Of a DNA stretch of 64,000 nt, positions 23,760-35,285 are shown piece after piece. The DNA is taken from contig OZ361259.1 in the NCBI GenBank assembly GCA_977018835.1, positions 2,356,001-2,420,000 of the forward strand. The letters are read 5' to 3'. The stretch comes from Minutocellus sp. GHC0000111. Lineage: Eukaryota. The translations under genes were made by a program, and so were the position numbers. The notes under the pieces were generated by a model. That model worked only from the letters and a program-made list of their open reading frames with translations, was not told the origin of the DNA and did no database searches. The first letter of the stretch is position 1. The number at the start of each line of letters is the position of its first letter.

Positions 23760-25098
23760 GTGCTCGCTGGCCCTCATGGCGAAGCATGGCTATTTTGGCT
23801 AGAAGTCTCAAGCGGTGAGGGCGGATGCTACACCACCGTTGAAGTCTACCATGAGTGTGGCTTGTGGAGTGAGAACGAGCCGATCAGGAACATCATTTCT
23901 CAGAGATTGCTTGCAAGAAGGCAAGGACACCAAAGAGACCGATCGATGATGCGCCAAAGAGACCGTCGTGTCACCACCATCATGCAGTCCGTCCCCAGCA
24001 GCAATCAATAAGAATATTGGGGTAATTGCTAAGCCCTCAATGTGCTTATTTCTACTGAAATCTGAGCCCTGAGATAAGAATGTTATTCTTATTTTTCTTC
24101 TGCTTTGGGGTCCCGAGACCCCCCTCTGGAGGCACGACGACGGCAAGTTGCCGGGGGTCCACACAGGCAATTTTTCTACACAGAGTCTGTCTGCACGGCA
24201 TTGAGCCAAGCTGCACATGTTATGCACGGCCTAAGGCCAGCTGTACTGCTACCTGTAGTGCCAGCACTGGCAACAGGAGTGGCGGCGAGGAGGAGGGGGG
24301 CAAGTCATCGTGTCGGTGTCTCGGCGAAAAGTCATGCGGCGGCGAATGCATCAAATTTCGACGGCGCGGATTTAGTTTTCGCGCGCGCTGCGGCTTTCTT
24401 TCTCTATTTCATCACAAAGACATCTCTCATGATGACAGGTTTCTTAAAATATTTGCACAGTTAGAAAAGGAAAATTTTGACGATTCCACCTCACAAATTT
24501 CCCTTTGCCATGCACCCAAAATAAGAATATCACCCAAATCTAAGCCCTCAGTATGCTTACTTTATCCGGAATCTAAGCCCTGAGATAAGAATACTGAATA
24601 TTTTTATCGCTGGGGACGGACTGTAGGACCCGACGGTAAGATCATCATGCCAGCGACGAGCTGTAGCGAACCACGGCAGAGCACTGCGCATGTTCAATTT
24701 ACTCCGAGTTTTCTGGGGGGTAGCAAGCTGCATCATACCGAAGGAGACGCCTTTGAATACACTATTGCTGATCTACCGGGAGACCGGACTGGTGAGTACG
24801 CTCTATCTTTTTGAGGCTGTGCAACGTTCACCTCAAACAGCAACCATTGCTCTTGACTGTGAGCGTTGGAGGGAGTACAGGTAGCAACACTGGCGGCATG
24901 GTGGAAGGCGACGATGCTGTTGACGTTTTATCCATTGTTGTTCCATACACTGTCGGCGAGTGGCAATGGACGGATCCCGTCACGATACATCTATCCCCCG
25001 GCACAAATGTGCTTAGCTTTTCCAGAGAGACTCCCAACTTTGGTCTCTCTATCAAGGATATTACTTGCGCGCCAATCGCAACCTTGATTTCTGTTTGA
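23760..25098 (+). pseudogene. Truncated gene remnant (C-terminal carbohydrate-binding-like beta domain) interrupted by a MITE
   Basis: Removing 23985-24623 and one TA gives VTTIIGPDGKIIMPATSCSEP...EYALS. A +1 shift near 24808 continues LRLCNVH...PYTVGEWQWTDPVTIHLSPGTNVLSFSRE. No convincing 5' part. Confidence 0.55.
23985..24623. mobile_element. 639-bp Tc1/mariner/pogo-type MITE
   Basis: Perfect 15-bp TIR CAGTCCGTCCCCAGC / GCTGGGGACGGACTG. Right flank TA, left flank TG (mutated TA TSD inferred). Internal ~50-bp direct repeats AAGCCCTCA...GCCCTGAGATAAGAAT at ~24031 and ~24542. Confidence 0.8.
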
Positions 25099-25189
25099 GA
25101 GCAAAACCTCGTGGTCTGTTCTGACTAATAATGAACAAAGTAATGTATAGTTCTGCTTCTACGACGTATTCGTTTATTTTGTCACTTTT

Positions 25190-25933
25190 CTATTTCGCTG
25201 ATCGGTACGGTTGCATGAAATATGCCGCGCCGCTCCGGTCGATCCAGGCGACGTCCGGATTCTCGGCCAGACGTTCCAGCTCGCTGGTCGGAAGCGTTAC
25301 ATTGATGATGTTGTTGAGCTGACCAAAGTCGTGGTGCAAGGTCTCGCAGACGGCGAGGACGGCTGCGCGTCCAGCCTCGTTGTATTTTATATTTGCCTTC
25401 GCTACTTGGTGTTCATTGTTTTGGGGGAGTTGGGAAGTCTTCGGTTGCTGGGGCGTGATGGTGGAGGAAGCGTCGTCGGGAACATTACTTCTTGCAGCTG
25501 ATGATGGTAGTGGTGGTGGTGGCGTCGTTAAGCGTGGTGGTTCCGTGGGTGGCTGCGGATTTTCTTCCTCTGACCTTTTTGGTTCTGGTTTCGTGCTGTT
25601 CCCGGTGATTGCTTTTTCCACCTTCTCGATCAAGAGTGACGAGGTGGTCGTGCCGGAAACAGATGAGTCACCAAAGGTGTCAAACTCAGCGTTGGGACCA
25701 GGCAGCTTATCAGATGATCGCCTTCTACGATATTTTACACCTTTGTCTGATGACCATTTGGACGAATAGGCCCTGCGAGCCAACTTTCCGGAGGATGATC
25801 GTTTCGTCAGGCTTCGTGTGCTGTCGAGGGCAGGCATCGATGCTGAAGCCATCATTGGGGAGGAAGCAGCAGCGAGAAGACTTTGGAGCTCTCTGCTGCA
25901 TCTACGGGTCAGAGCTGGAGAGCTATCCTTCAT
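25190..25933 (-). CDS. Hypothetical protein; low-complexity N-terminus, C-terminus resembling a subtilase propeptide/I9-like fold
   Basis: 247-aa ATG-started ORF with tail HHDFGQLNNIINVTLPTSELERLAENPDVAWID. Confidence 0.45.
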   Translation of the reverse strand: MKDSSPALTRRCSRELQSLLAAASSPMMASASMPALDSTRSLTKRSSSGKLARRAYSSKWSSDKGVKYRRRRSSDKLPGPNAEFDTFGDSSVSGTTTSSLLIEKVEKAITGNSTKPEPKRSEEENPQPPTEPPRLTTPPPPLPSSAARSNVPDDASSTITPQQPKTSQLPQNNEHQVAKANIKYNEAGRAAVLAVCETLHHDFGQLNNIINVTLPTSELERLAENPDVAWIDRSGAAYFMQPYRSAK

Positions 25934-26142
25934 GCTTGCGCGTACACTGTGTCAATGGGCTTGGGCTTGTTCATCATGTTTCTGGCCGTTCTGGCTGGTT
26001 GTGCTGGGATCGGGAACAGGTTGCCGGGAGAAGGAGGAACTTCAAGCAAAAGTTCAAGTGAACACGAAAAAAGTGTACGAGACTTTCCACATATTTTTTT
26101 TTTGACAACGCAAAAGAAAAACTAGAAATTTCTAGAAGACTG

Positions 26143-27166
26143 GTGGTGTCGTCCCTCTACATGTAGGTAATAGCTTAAATCTATTTGAAAAAAATCCAAA
26201 GAGAGCCACATTCATAGAACATGTAGCCGTCACCTGCATCAGTGTTGGCTTTCGTATACTTGCGACCTCATGCAAGAAACTAGGCCTCTCGGAGCCCATT
26301 CGCCAACCTGTTCCCCTAGCAAAACCACAGAGTTGGTCCCATTTTAGGTGAGGCACTTCAGGACATTGGAGATTTTGCTAACTTCGCTCGCGTTGTCGGA
26401 CGACGGAAAGACCGACGTCCGTCCATTTTTTCTCCCGAACGAAGCTGATCATGGTGACCCCCGCTCCTGGCCGCTACACATTTGCAAGGTAAGATATGGG
26501 CATTCCCGAGGCTGGCCGATACCATTGCGCTACGCATGCGAAAGTTTCAGCTTGATTGGCATGCTATTGTATGAGAAAATATAAATCAAAACAATCAACC
26601 TGTGTTCGAGTACGCGAAAAAGGGCCGCGGATGAGAAGTGATACCGTGAGAGCCACAGCCGCCCAATCCACCCAGAAATGCAGAGACACACGCCCAAGAT
26701 ATGTATGAAAATGTTTGTATGGTTGATTGTTGTGGTTTTTGTTCGTATCCGCCCCCGAATCGGCCGCCAATGAGAGCAAATTTTCGTGCGTCGTCATCGT
26801 TTTTTGTGCGTGATTTTTCCCCCTCGATAGCTCAGCCTGTGTGCGGAATTTTCGAGCCGGACCTTCGATGTCCCCAACCTTGAATGTGTCTAGAGTGGGG
26901 ACGTAAGCGAGGCAGGCCGGCTCGATCAAGTCTTTTTGCCATATTTCAGGGGGAAAAGTTGGTCCGGCAGGAAATTGCGACTTTTCCCGTACTTCGCCGC
27001 GTTGGAAACACGGACGACGGAAAGACGAATGTCCAGTTTTTGGGTCGAGCGGCTCACCTAAAGCCAACTCCACACAGTCCTCTAGGGTCTCGACATAGGT
27101 GTCGATAACCTCAGATCCCAAATCTATGTCCATAGATCCCAAAATTAGCCCTATCCGTAACACCAC
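26143..27166. mobile_element. Possible ~1-kb non-autonomous element
   Basis: Short inverted ends GTGGTGT/ACACCAC. Internal 16-bp direct repeat CGGACGACGGAAAGAC at 26397 and 27011. Abuts a truncated signal-peptide ORF (27151-27327, minus). No TSD found. Confidence 0.3.
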
Positions 27167-27677
27167 GATGACAGTCGAAGGCCCATTAGGACCAATGACT
27201 GGAGCTCCAGTGCCCCAGTAGAGCGGAATTGTCGTGAAAGAAGGCCGGTTGCTCGTGCCGCATCAGCACCGGCGGAAGCTATGACCAGGACGACGATGAT
27301 GACGAACGCAACATGTTTGCAATCCATGAGACGACGTGGTACAATCAAACAGAAAAAGAAGAACTTCGAGACCCAGCAGGTTTTACCGACATCTCACCGC
27401 AAACAGTCGTTCGACTAGTCAATTTTGGACGATGTCATTGAATCACAAGGGATTCACATAACAGAAACACACAAAGCAAAACTAAAAGACAAACATATTT
27501 AACAGAACCATCCCCATGAGAGCACAACAGTGAACTCTGCTCTCATGGCATGGAGGGCCAATCGACCAAGCATCTCGCGTTGGCTCATTACAAATCAGCA
27601 AAGAATGTCACTAGTAGGCGAGTTAGGTGATCGTTGCTACAAAGACCAACGGTCAAATCCCAGCGAACTACCAACGA

Positions 27678-28562
27678 CGAAAGGACTTTAAGTGCTTCTG
27701 CTCAAATATGGAAAAGCACGGACGTTACGACATCGTTAGTATAGTAGACGACGTCGCGGCTGAGGTTGGAAAGGCCGAGGACGACGTGAAGAAGTACTAC
27801 ATTGCATTCTGGTCGAACTTTGAGAGGATCGCAGATCACAAGAGGATCATCGATAGGATCGAAAAGGGTGAGAAGAAAATCCTCAGGCTGCGCCAGATCC
27901 GTGATTCCATCAACGAGAAGGTCGATCGTCACCTGAAAGAAAAGTTTCGTGAGATCTACAAGGGCATCGACGCACTCAAGAAGCAGAAGGAGGAGGCCAC
28001 CGCCGCCGCCGCAGCTGCCACCAGCACCAGCAGCACTCCCTCCAAAAGGTCGTCATCTCCAAAGCCAAAGGGTACTCCCAAGAAGCCCACCCCTATCCCC
28101 GATGTGCCGACTCCGGACCAGCTTCTTCAGTACACTTGGCCGACCATCAAGTTCAACTACGGTCAGAACTGGAAGGGCTACCGGGCCTATACCGAGGAGG
28201 AGGATGCCTTCTTGCTGTACTGCATGTGGAAGCACGGCTTTGGCATGGCCGAGCGCATTCGGATGGAAATTCGCCGGGCTTGGCAGTTCCGCTTCGATTG
28301 GTTCTTCAAATCTCGCAACGCCCAAGAGATCCAGAAGCGCTGCGAGGCAGTCGTTCGCTTGATTGAGAAAGAAAACGACGAGATTCGCAAGAAGAAGGAA
28401 CAAGCGGAGCAGAAAGCCATCATTGAGGATCAAAAGAAGAAGGCCGAGGCGGCAGCAGCCAAGGCACAGGCCGAAAAGGCTCAGGCCGAGGGAGCACAAG
28501 CAGCTCCGTCCGGCGATCAGCAAGGTGATGCCCAGCCTCAGCCGATGGATGTTTCTGCCTAA
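27678..28562 (+). pseudogene. Duplicated 3' fragment of ISWI (SANT-SLIDE region), no ATPase domain
   Basis: Near-identical to the reverse complement of 7399-8283. SSME becomes SNME. No native start. Confidence 0.92.
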
Positions 28563-28798
28563 GTAATCTTTCCCACGAGCCACTGGGAGGCAAAAGGTCT
28601 ACGTGTTTTGTAGTTTCTTTTCAAGCATGAGTGGTGTATTCGAATAGAGAGAAAGAGATAACTTATAGAAGAAAGTAAGAAAATGTTTGTAATGTAATTT
28701 CTTATTTGGTAATTTCTTATTTGGTAGCTGTAGAATAATTCAACCTTATATTATATTATATATAATATATATATATAATTATATATAAATATATATAG

Positions 28799-28830
<32 letters not shown>

Positions 28831-28834
<4 letters not shown>

Positions 28835-29512
28835 TCCCAGTTTGCGCACTGGGCCCCAGTTCCCAAACTAGGATCTCAGTTTGCGCACTGATGCTACCAG
28901 AATGGAAACTGAGATAAACACGCCAATCCGAATTTGGGAACCAGACGAGTTCGCGAACTGGAACAAAAATGAATACCAGTTTGGAAACTGGCATTCTCGG
29001 CAAGTGTCAGAATGGTAACTGCCGGTGTTGGCTCATGCACAATGATTATGTACTGGTAGATCTATCTACAATACAAGTTGCACTGTGCATCATATCTTGA
29101 ATTTGCAAGCTACATGTACTGGTACAGTAGCAACATGATGCCGGCATAGCACAGATGCATGTACAGTTCATGACTTATATTTGCCAGAAGCAGCTAGCTA
29201 GATATTATTATTTATTCACTATATGTATTTAGTATCAGCTAATGCCAATTTATTGAGTATCAGCTCCGGCACTAATGTCGTCTGGACGTCTGGACCAGGT
29301 TTGGGCTGTGTTGCTTCACTATGAAAAAATGAAGCGAGGAGAAGCAAAGGCGATATCATCCATGCTAAATATTCATTATTTCTCGATTGATCCCAGTTTG
29401 CAAACTGAGATTGTGCCTATGATCCCAGTTTCCAAACTGGGATAAATAAATCCTAGTTCGCAAACTGGGATCCCAGTTCGCGAACTGGGACAGTGCGCAT
29501 TTTGGGACTAAC
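28831..29512. mobile_element. 682-bp (TA)n-embedded TIR element, copy 2 (inverted relative to copy 1)
   Basis: Reverse complement of 6489-7170 with very few differences. TA arrays at 28748-28830 and 29513-29528. Confidence 0.87.
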
Positions 29513-29583
29513 ATATATATATATATATAAACGATAATTTTTTCATTAGGCTACAATAACCTTTACATATATGGGTAAGGACA

Positions 29584-30575
29584 TTAGAAGGATGCTGCTG
29601 TCGGCATTTTTGAAGGAGTACTCGACGGCGTGAGTGACGGAACATCAGATGGCGACGTAGAAGGCGTGAGAGATGGGATATCGGACGGAGAGGTAGATGG
29701 TGACGACGAGGGAGCCAGGCTCGGGCTAGATGATGGAATGCTCGAGGGTTGACTGCTCGGTGAAGAGCTTGGTACATCAGACGGCGCCTGTGAAGGCTCG
29801 CTGCTAGGTGCCAAACTCGGGGAAGAGCTGGGCGAATCAGACGGCGAAATACTCGGACTAGATGATGGAATACTGGAGGGTTGAACGCTCGGCAGCGTTG
29901 AGGGGATGTCAGATGGCGACGAAGATGGCTCCGAACTTGGACTGGCCGATGGCGAAGAGGAGGGCACGCTGCTGGGCGCCACACTTGGCAAAGTGCTGGG
30001 GACGTCAGAAGGTGATGTCGAAGGTAGCGAGGAGGGCGACATAGATGGCTCACTACTGGGCATAAAGGAAACTGATGGCATAGACGACACGGTAGGAGGT
30101 GCCGATGGGTTCACGCTGGGAGATACGCTCGGAAGAGAAGAAGGTGAAGAGCTAGGACTTACGCTGGGCTGGTCCGAGGGAGAGGAAGATGGCATCGAAC
30201 TAGGACTGCTTGAAGGCAATGCGCTCGGGCTGGCACTCGGGCTCGTCGATGGTGATGCACTGGGACTGCTCGAGGGCATGTCGGAAGGACTCGCCGAGGG
30301 CTCGAACGAAATGGTGGGTGAAACGCTCGGGCTTGCGCTGGTACTGTCGGATGCAAAGGGGATGGGATACCAGAGAGCAAATGGACTCGTTTGGGAGAAT
30401 CCGTTCGCAAAGATCTGCCACAGAGCATTCTGATCGCCAGGACCATCACGGAATTTGACAATGACGTCGTTGGGCTTGTAGTTCTGCGTATCGGGCACAA
30501 TCTTGAGCCGGACAAGGTCGTCAGCACTGCCAGCACCGGGGCCGATCAGATAGTAGTGCTCGCCTCCGTTGTATC
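29584..30575 (-). pseudogene. 5'-truncated paralog of the secreted PS-rich protein (family member 2)
   Basis: YYLIGPGAGSADDLVRLKIVPD..VIVKFRDGPGDQNALWQIFANG matches 22271-23551. Long PSxxPS tail. Signal peptide and N-terminal half missing. Confidence 0.75.
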
Positions 30576-30962
30576 CATCCCCGCGCACACACTCCATCGA
30601 GTTAAAAAACGATCCCATTCCCTAGTTGCCACTTGCAACGGCGACGGCGATTCATTACTTTCGATAGCAAAATTTTCCTTGGCAAAACTTGTGGAAACGA
30701 GCTGTGAACACAAGTCTAGTTCATCTGGACGACCCCTTCGTATTCGATAGTTGGCTTTTGTCTGGTTGGCCTCTTCAGTAACTGGTAAAGGTGTTGAGGT
30801 GGTGGCGGAAGGTGACAGGGATAGCGCCATTGTTGTTTGGCGCCTCATGCGCGGCGGCTTCTGGAATGAGGCTACCAAGTGACGCTCAAGGATGACCAAT
30901 ACGCACGAAAGGCATGATGCGCGCCGAAATATGCGACAACTACTGTTGTATTGCCTCTTCAT
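30576..30962 (-). pseudogene. N-terminal fragment of a probable GNAT acetyltransferase with organelle-type leader
   Basis: Leader ...LVASFQKP, then YRIRRGRPDELDLCSQLVSTSF (typical GNAT beta1-alpha1). Sequence switches abruptly into family member 2. Confidence 0.5.
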
Positions 30963-31301
30963 CTTGCTTCCTCTCCAGGACCAGTTGCATGAGATGAAGC
31001 GAACGAGATGTCAAATGTGAAACATTGTCGTGTACGTACGACATTGTACGTACGTAAATAGATGGGGGTTTCCCAGACACTTCATTTAGAGGGGAAAGAC
31101 CGCCGGCCAGGACTTGGCCGCCAAAATCAGACCTGCGCCGCCAAAATAGGAGATGCGCCATGAGGAGGTATGAGCCACGAGTGACTGGACTTCTCTTTTG
31201 AATTCATTGCAGAACTCCCACCATTCGATAGAACCCTACTAGTACTGTAGCGGACATTACATCACCGGGTCGTCTTTCTTTGACTAGAGACGTCTTAAAA
31301 T

Positions 31302-32574
31302 ATGAGGAACATGAATAGCAGCTGGCAAAATCTGAGCCTCATTCTTCTTTCTACGGTTGCCGTCGTGGCAGATGGGTTGGAGATTTCCGATGCGTTCGCG
31401 TCCAGCGCCGGTACCGGGACGTCTTCGATCGAAACTGACAGTATGCATGGAGGATGGCAACCTGTCATGCGCTATTCCTACTGGATACCGCCGCTCCCTG
31501 AGCCTAACGTGAGTGGCGTTGGGGTTGTTGCGGTTGTTGTTCGTCTTGTTCTGTGTGAAAGTAGTGTCGCACCAAATTTCTTACCATCAACTTTTCTCAT
31601 CCTTTTTCACCACCCCAGGCCAAGTGCATCGGCGAGACAAAGCTGCGAGTGGGTCTTAACGGAGAATTTTCCTGCTTGATGGTCGGTGAAGCACTGTGTC
31701 GAGATAATGCTGAAAATATTAAAGAAGGAGAAGAGGGTGGGAAATTTGGATTTTGGAGGTTTGGTATAGATGAGGTGGAATTAGACAATGGGTCGACCAC
31801 AGGCGTCGTTACCATGTGGGATCCTCGGGTGAATGCTGTGTTCTCCGATTTCGTCGGGGCCACACATCTGTGTATTGGAGAAATTCGTGGAAATGACGAC
31901 CCAACGGCATACTCAGAAGAGCGTCCTTGGCTCATCGTTTACAACGAAAAGAGGAATGACTACATGGCGACACTCATATGTGACGGAGCCGAAGCGAGTC
32001 TTTGGGATGGCACTGAAAGCAAACGCACGCTGATGAAAATGGTCAACAATCAAGACATTGATACATATACGTCCTACCCAGTTAGCGTCCTGAAGCTCAA
32101 GAAGGGAAATACAAAGGACCCAAACGATGACGATGCGCTTTGGAAGATAAATTCAATGCCGATCAGACTACCGACGTTGTTTATAACCAAGATTTTTGCA
32201 GATGGCAGGTCCACACTGAGCAACCGTCAGTTGCTCCGAGTGACTTGCCGTCGTTGTCGCCGTCAATGCAGCCCAGTCTACGACCATCTGCCTCGCCCTC
32301 CCAAAGCCCAGTAAGGGCAGCAGGTACTGCTGGAAATACTCAGAAGCAATCCGAGGATAAGTTGGTTCAGAAGACGACACAGGTCCAGGAAGAAATCAAG
32401 ATTGGCGCCGAGAAGGAGAAAACGGAGAAGACGAAGAAGAGTGCAGACGAGAAGGTCACGCGGGTGAGTCCGAATGCTGAGGAGACATCAGCGGTTCCAG
32501 AATCTCACCCCAGCCTGAGATCATCTGGCATTCCATCGGGCAGCCCAGTACTGCCACCCACACCTTCATTCTAA
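31302..32574 (+). pseudogene. Secreted PS-rich family member 3; intron 31509-31618, frameshift near 32150
   Basis: Signal peptide; CLMVGEALCRD..WRFGI..GATHLCIGE..ALWKI parallels member 1. The PSxxPS tail is in a different frame. Confidence 0.6.
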
Positions 32575-32679
32575 TGACAGTATGTCATTGTCAGTTCATT
32601 TCTAATAGGATAGTAGACGTGCAATTCATCGTAGAAAATTTTTTACATTAAAAATATGGTATTTTTAGACGACGAATCC

Positions 32680-32766
32680 AAGGCAGCGCAACAATTGTCA
32701 AGTCCATTTCCAGTCTCTGGCTTTCGTCAGATGATAGAAAGTGGACCTTCATTCATGCAGCAACCA
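32680..32766 (-). promoter_or_regulatory. SECIS element in the TrxR 3' UTR
   Basis: Minus strand AUGAA-GGUCCACUUUCUA...UGGAAAUGGACU-UGAC. Non-Watson-Crick quartet, ~12-bp helix II and an apical mini-stem UCUGAC GAAA GCCAGA. Confidence 0.75.
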
Positions 32767-32953
32767 AAGTATCCTCAAAACACAGTCGCTCATTTCCTGT
32801 AACGTGCCTGCACCACAAAGTAATCATGTTGCAATGATGTGGCGTTCAGCACGTACATCCCAAAAACCGTCGAATTTCTTCGAACGGAGCCCTTCAAGGC
32901 CCGAGCGGCGCATGTATGCCAATATACATACACACTCGGGTACCTCGAAGGGC

Positions 32954-35285
32954 TTAACCTCAGCATCCACCAGCAGCGGCGTCCTCACCACTGCTCTTGG
33001 TAACGGTAAGAGTGACAATCTCCTCGGCCGAAGTAGGATGGATGCCAACAGTTTCTGCAAGGTCCTTGAAGGTGATGCCCTTCTTCATAGCAGTCCCGTA
33101 ACCCTGCATGACCTCACCAGCGTTGGGTCCAACGAAGTGAATTCCAAGCACTCGCTCATTGTCACTCTTGTCGACGATCACCTTTGTGAAGGCCTGGTGG
33201 ACGGATCGCGAATCCGACAAAGACCACTCGAGTGGCATGAACGACTTGTGGTACACCTCGACATTGTCAGCGCCGAACTTCTCGATGGCTTCATCCTCCG
33301 AGTATCCGCAGCATCCATATTCAATAGGGGTAAAGACAGTCGTGCAGATATTCTTGTAATCCATGGCCTCCTTCGAGCCGCCAAAGAGACGCCGAGAAAG
33401 CTGAATACCGGCCTGGATGGCAACGGGAGTGAGCTCGGGGCAGCCCTCCATCACATCACCGATGGCATATACATTGGGCACCGAGGTCTGCTCGAACTTG
33501 GTCGGGATCTTGAAGTTGCGCGAGTTGGTCTCAACGCCAATGTTCTCCAAGCCAAGCTTCTGGGTATCAGCCTGACGACCGATGGCCACGAGGACAGTGT
33601 CATAGATGTCCGTCTCATCATTGGAAAATGTAACCTTGATCTTGTCGCCCTCGACCTTCTCCAACTTCTTTGGGACAACCTCCTTCCGGAACTTGATGCC
33701 ATGATCCTCCATGTAGGAACCGATCTTATCGGCAACCTCACGATCAAAACCACGGAGAAGGATGGATCGGACGGCAACGGTAACGTCGTGACCAATGCCA
33801 GCGAGGAAACCAGCGCACTCCAACGAAATGTACGAGGCACCGACGCACAGAGTCTTGCCGGGGCTGTTCTCCAGGGCAAAGATATCGTCCGAGGAGATGG
33901 CAAGCTCACCACCCTCGCATTCCAGGGGGGTGGGACGTCCACCGACGGCAATGATGAAGCGGGAGGCGGTAATCTCCGAAACACGGCCCTTCTTGTCGGT
34001 AACCTCGAGAGTGTGAGCGTCCTTGAACTTGCCCAGCTTGTTCAGGTACGTGACGCCCTTCTCGCGAAGGTTGACACGATACTTGAAGTTGAGAGATTTG
34101 ATGTGGTTTTGAACATTCTCACGCATGGTCTCCCAGCCATGCTTGGTCTCAATACCGGTCGGAGCCGACTCGACTCCGGTGGGGGCGGGTCCAATGCCAA
34201 AGGCCGCAGCATCGGCATGAATGGCCTCATTGATGATAGCGGCATTGTGCATGAGCTTCTTAGGGATGCATCCAACGTTCACGCAAGTACCTGCAGTTTT
34301 GTTGCAACATATAGATAATGGTTGAGTGAGCACGACGTGATGCATGATGTTTGAATTTTCCAAAACAAATACAGGCAGAGCAACATGGACTGACTTACCA
34401 CCAAGACCCCACTTGGTTCCGGCAGGGCTGGGCTTGACAAAGTCCAAAACGGCAGCCTTGGCGCCCAGGGCCGATGCCTCCTTGGAGGCGGCGAGTCCAC
34501 CGGATCCGCCGCCGATCACGACGAGGTCGTAGTCGTAGCCATGGTCGCCCTTGTGTCCGTCGTCGGCCATGGTGGCGACGCTGGTCGGGGCGGCCCCGGA
34601 GGCCGACGCGTCGGGAGGGGCGCAGTACTGGCGGCACCAGGCCAGGGTGTCGTCGTGGCCGCCGATGAACTCCTTGATGGCAGCCGGGTCGGGCTCGCCG
34701 GCCGTGTCGGAGATCCACGTGAAGGGAGACGACGAGTGTCCGTGAGCGCGGGCATCGGACAGCTTGTCTCGGAAGCCACCCTCGATGAGCCACTGGCGGT
34801 ACTCGGCGCGGGAGGGGAAGGAGTGGTCGACCACCTCGATCTTGGTGGGGAACAGGATGGAGAGGGAGGCCAGGACGGACGAGGCCCTGCGGTAGAAACC
34901 GCCTATTAGGGTTGGAAGGAGGATGGCCGGGGTCGTGAACATGCAAAGCGCAATGAATTTGAAGTGAGCAATTATTGGAAAGAGCGAGTCAGCATAAGAT
35001 GTATGTGCTTTGAATCAGATGTGCACGCCACCGACCGCTCAATTAGCGGTGCAGAAGGCAATGGAAAGGGCGCCCATCGCCTCCATGTGGAGCCTGACGA
35101 ACCTCCAATGAAGGGAGGAAACCAATGTGTGTGTGACTCATCCTTCCGGAATTCCAATGATGCGGGGCAAGACCGACCGGCCCTGTTCATCATGTGTCCG
35201 TAAGCCGCCGCCAATCAAACCAAACTACACGAGCATACTTACAGGTCGACCAGCCCGCAATGTGCAGGATCTGCTGCGAAGACAT
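32954..35285 (-). CDS. TXNRD: Selenocysteine high-Mr thioredoxin reductase with N-terminal glutaredoxin-like domain; exons 35285-35243, 34902-34399, 34290-32954
   Basis: GGGSGG, GGTCVNVGC across an intron, HPT..E, and end GGA TGC TGA GGT TAA = G-C-U-G-stop. N-terminal WSTCGFY. Confidence 0.92.

Noticed and set aside
26564..27166. 200-aa minus-strand ORF as a transposase
   Set aside because: No ATG start and no DDE or other recognisable motif.
29584..30350. Ser/Pro repeats as a DNA satellite
   Set aside because: Synonymous variation shows a protein-level repeat.
29584..30962. A single functional gene from the GNAT-like leader plus PS-rich domain
   Set aside because: The parts are in different frames with a stop at 30546-30548 and no evident intron; treated as a breakpoint.
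32960..32962. TGA as the TrxR stop codon
   Set aside because: Followed by GGT TAA and a SECIS, so it is read as selenocysteine.
32741..34318. 525-aa plus-strand ORF
   Set aside because: Antisense shadow of TrxR with no recognisable motifs.
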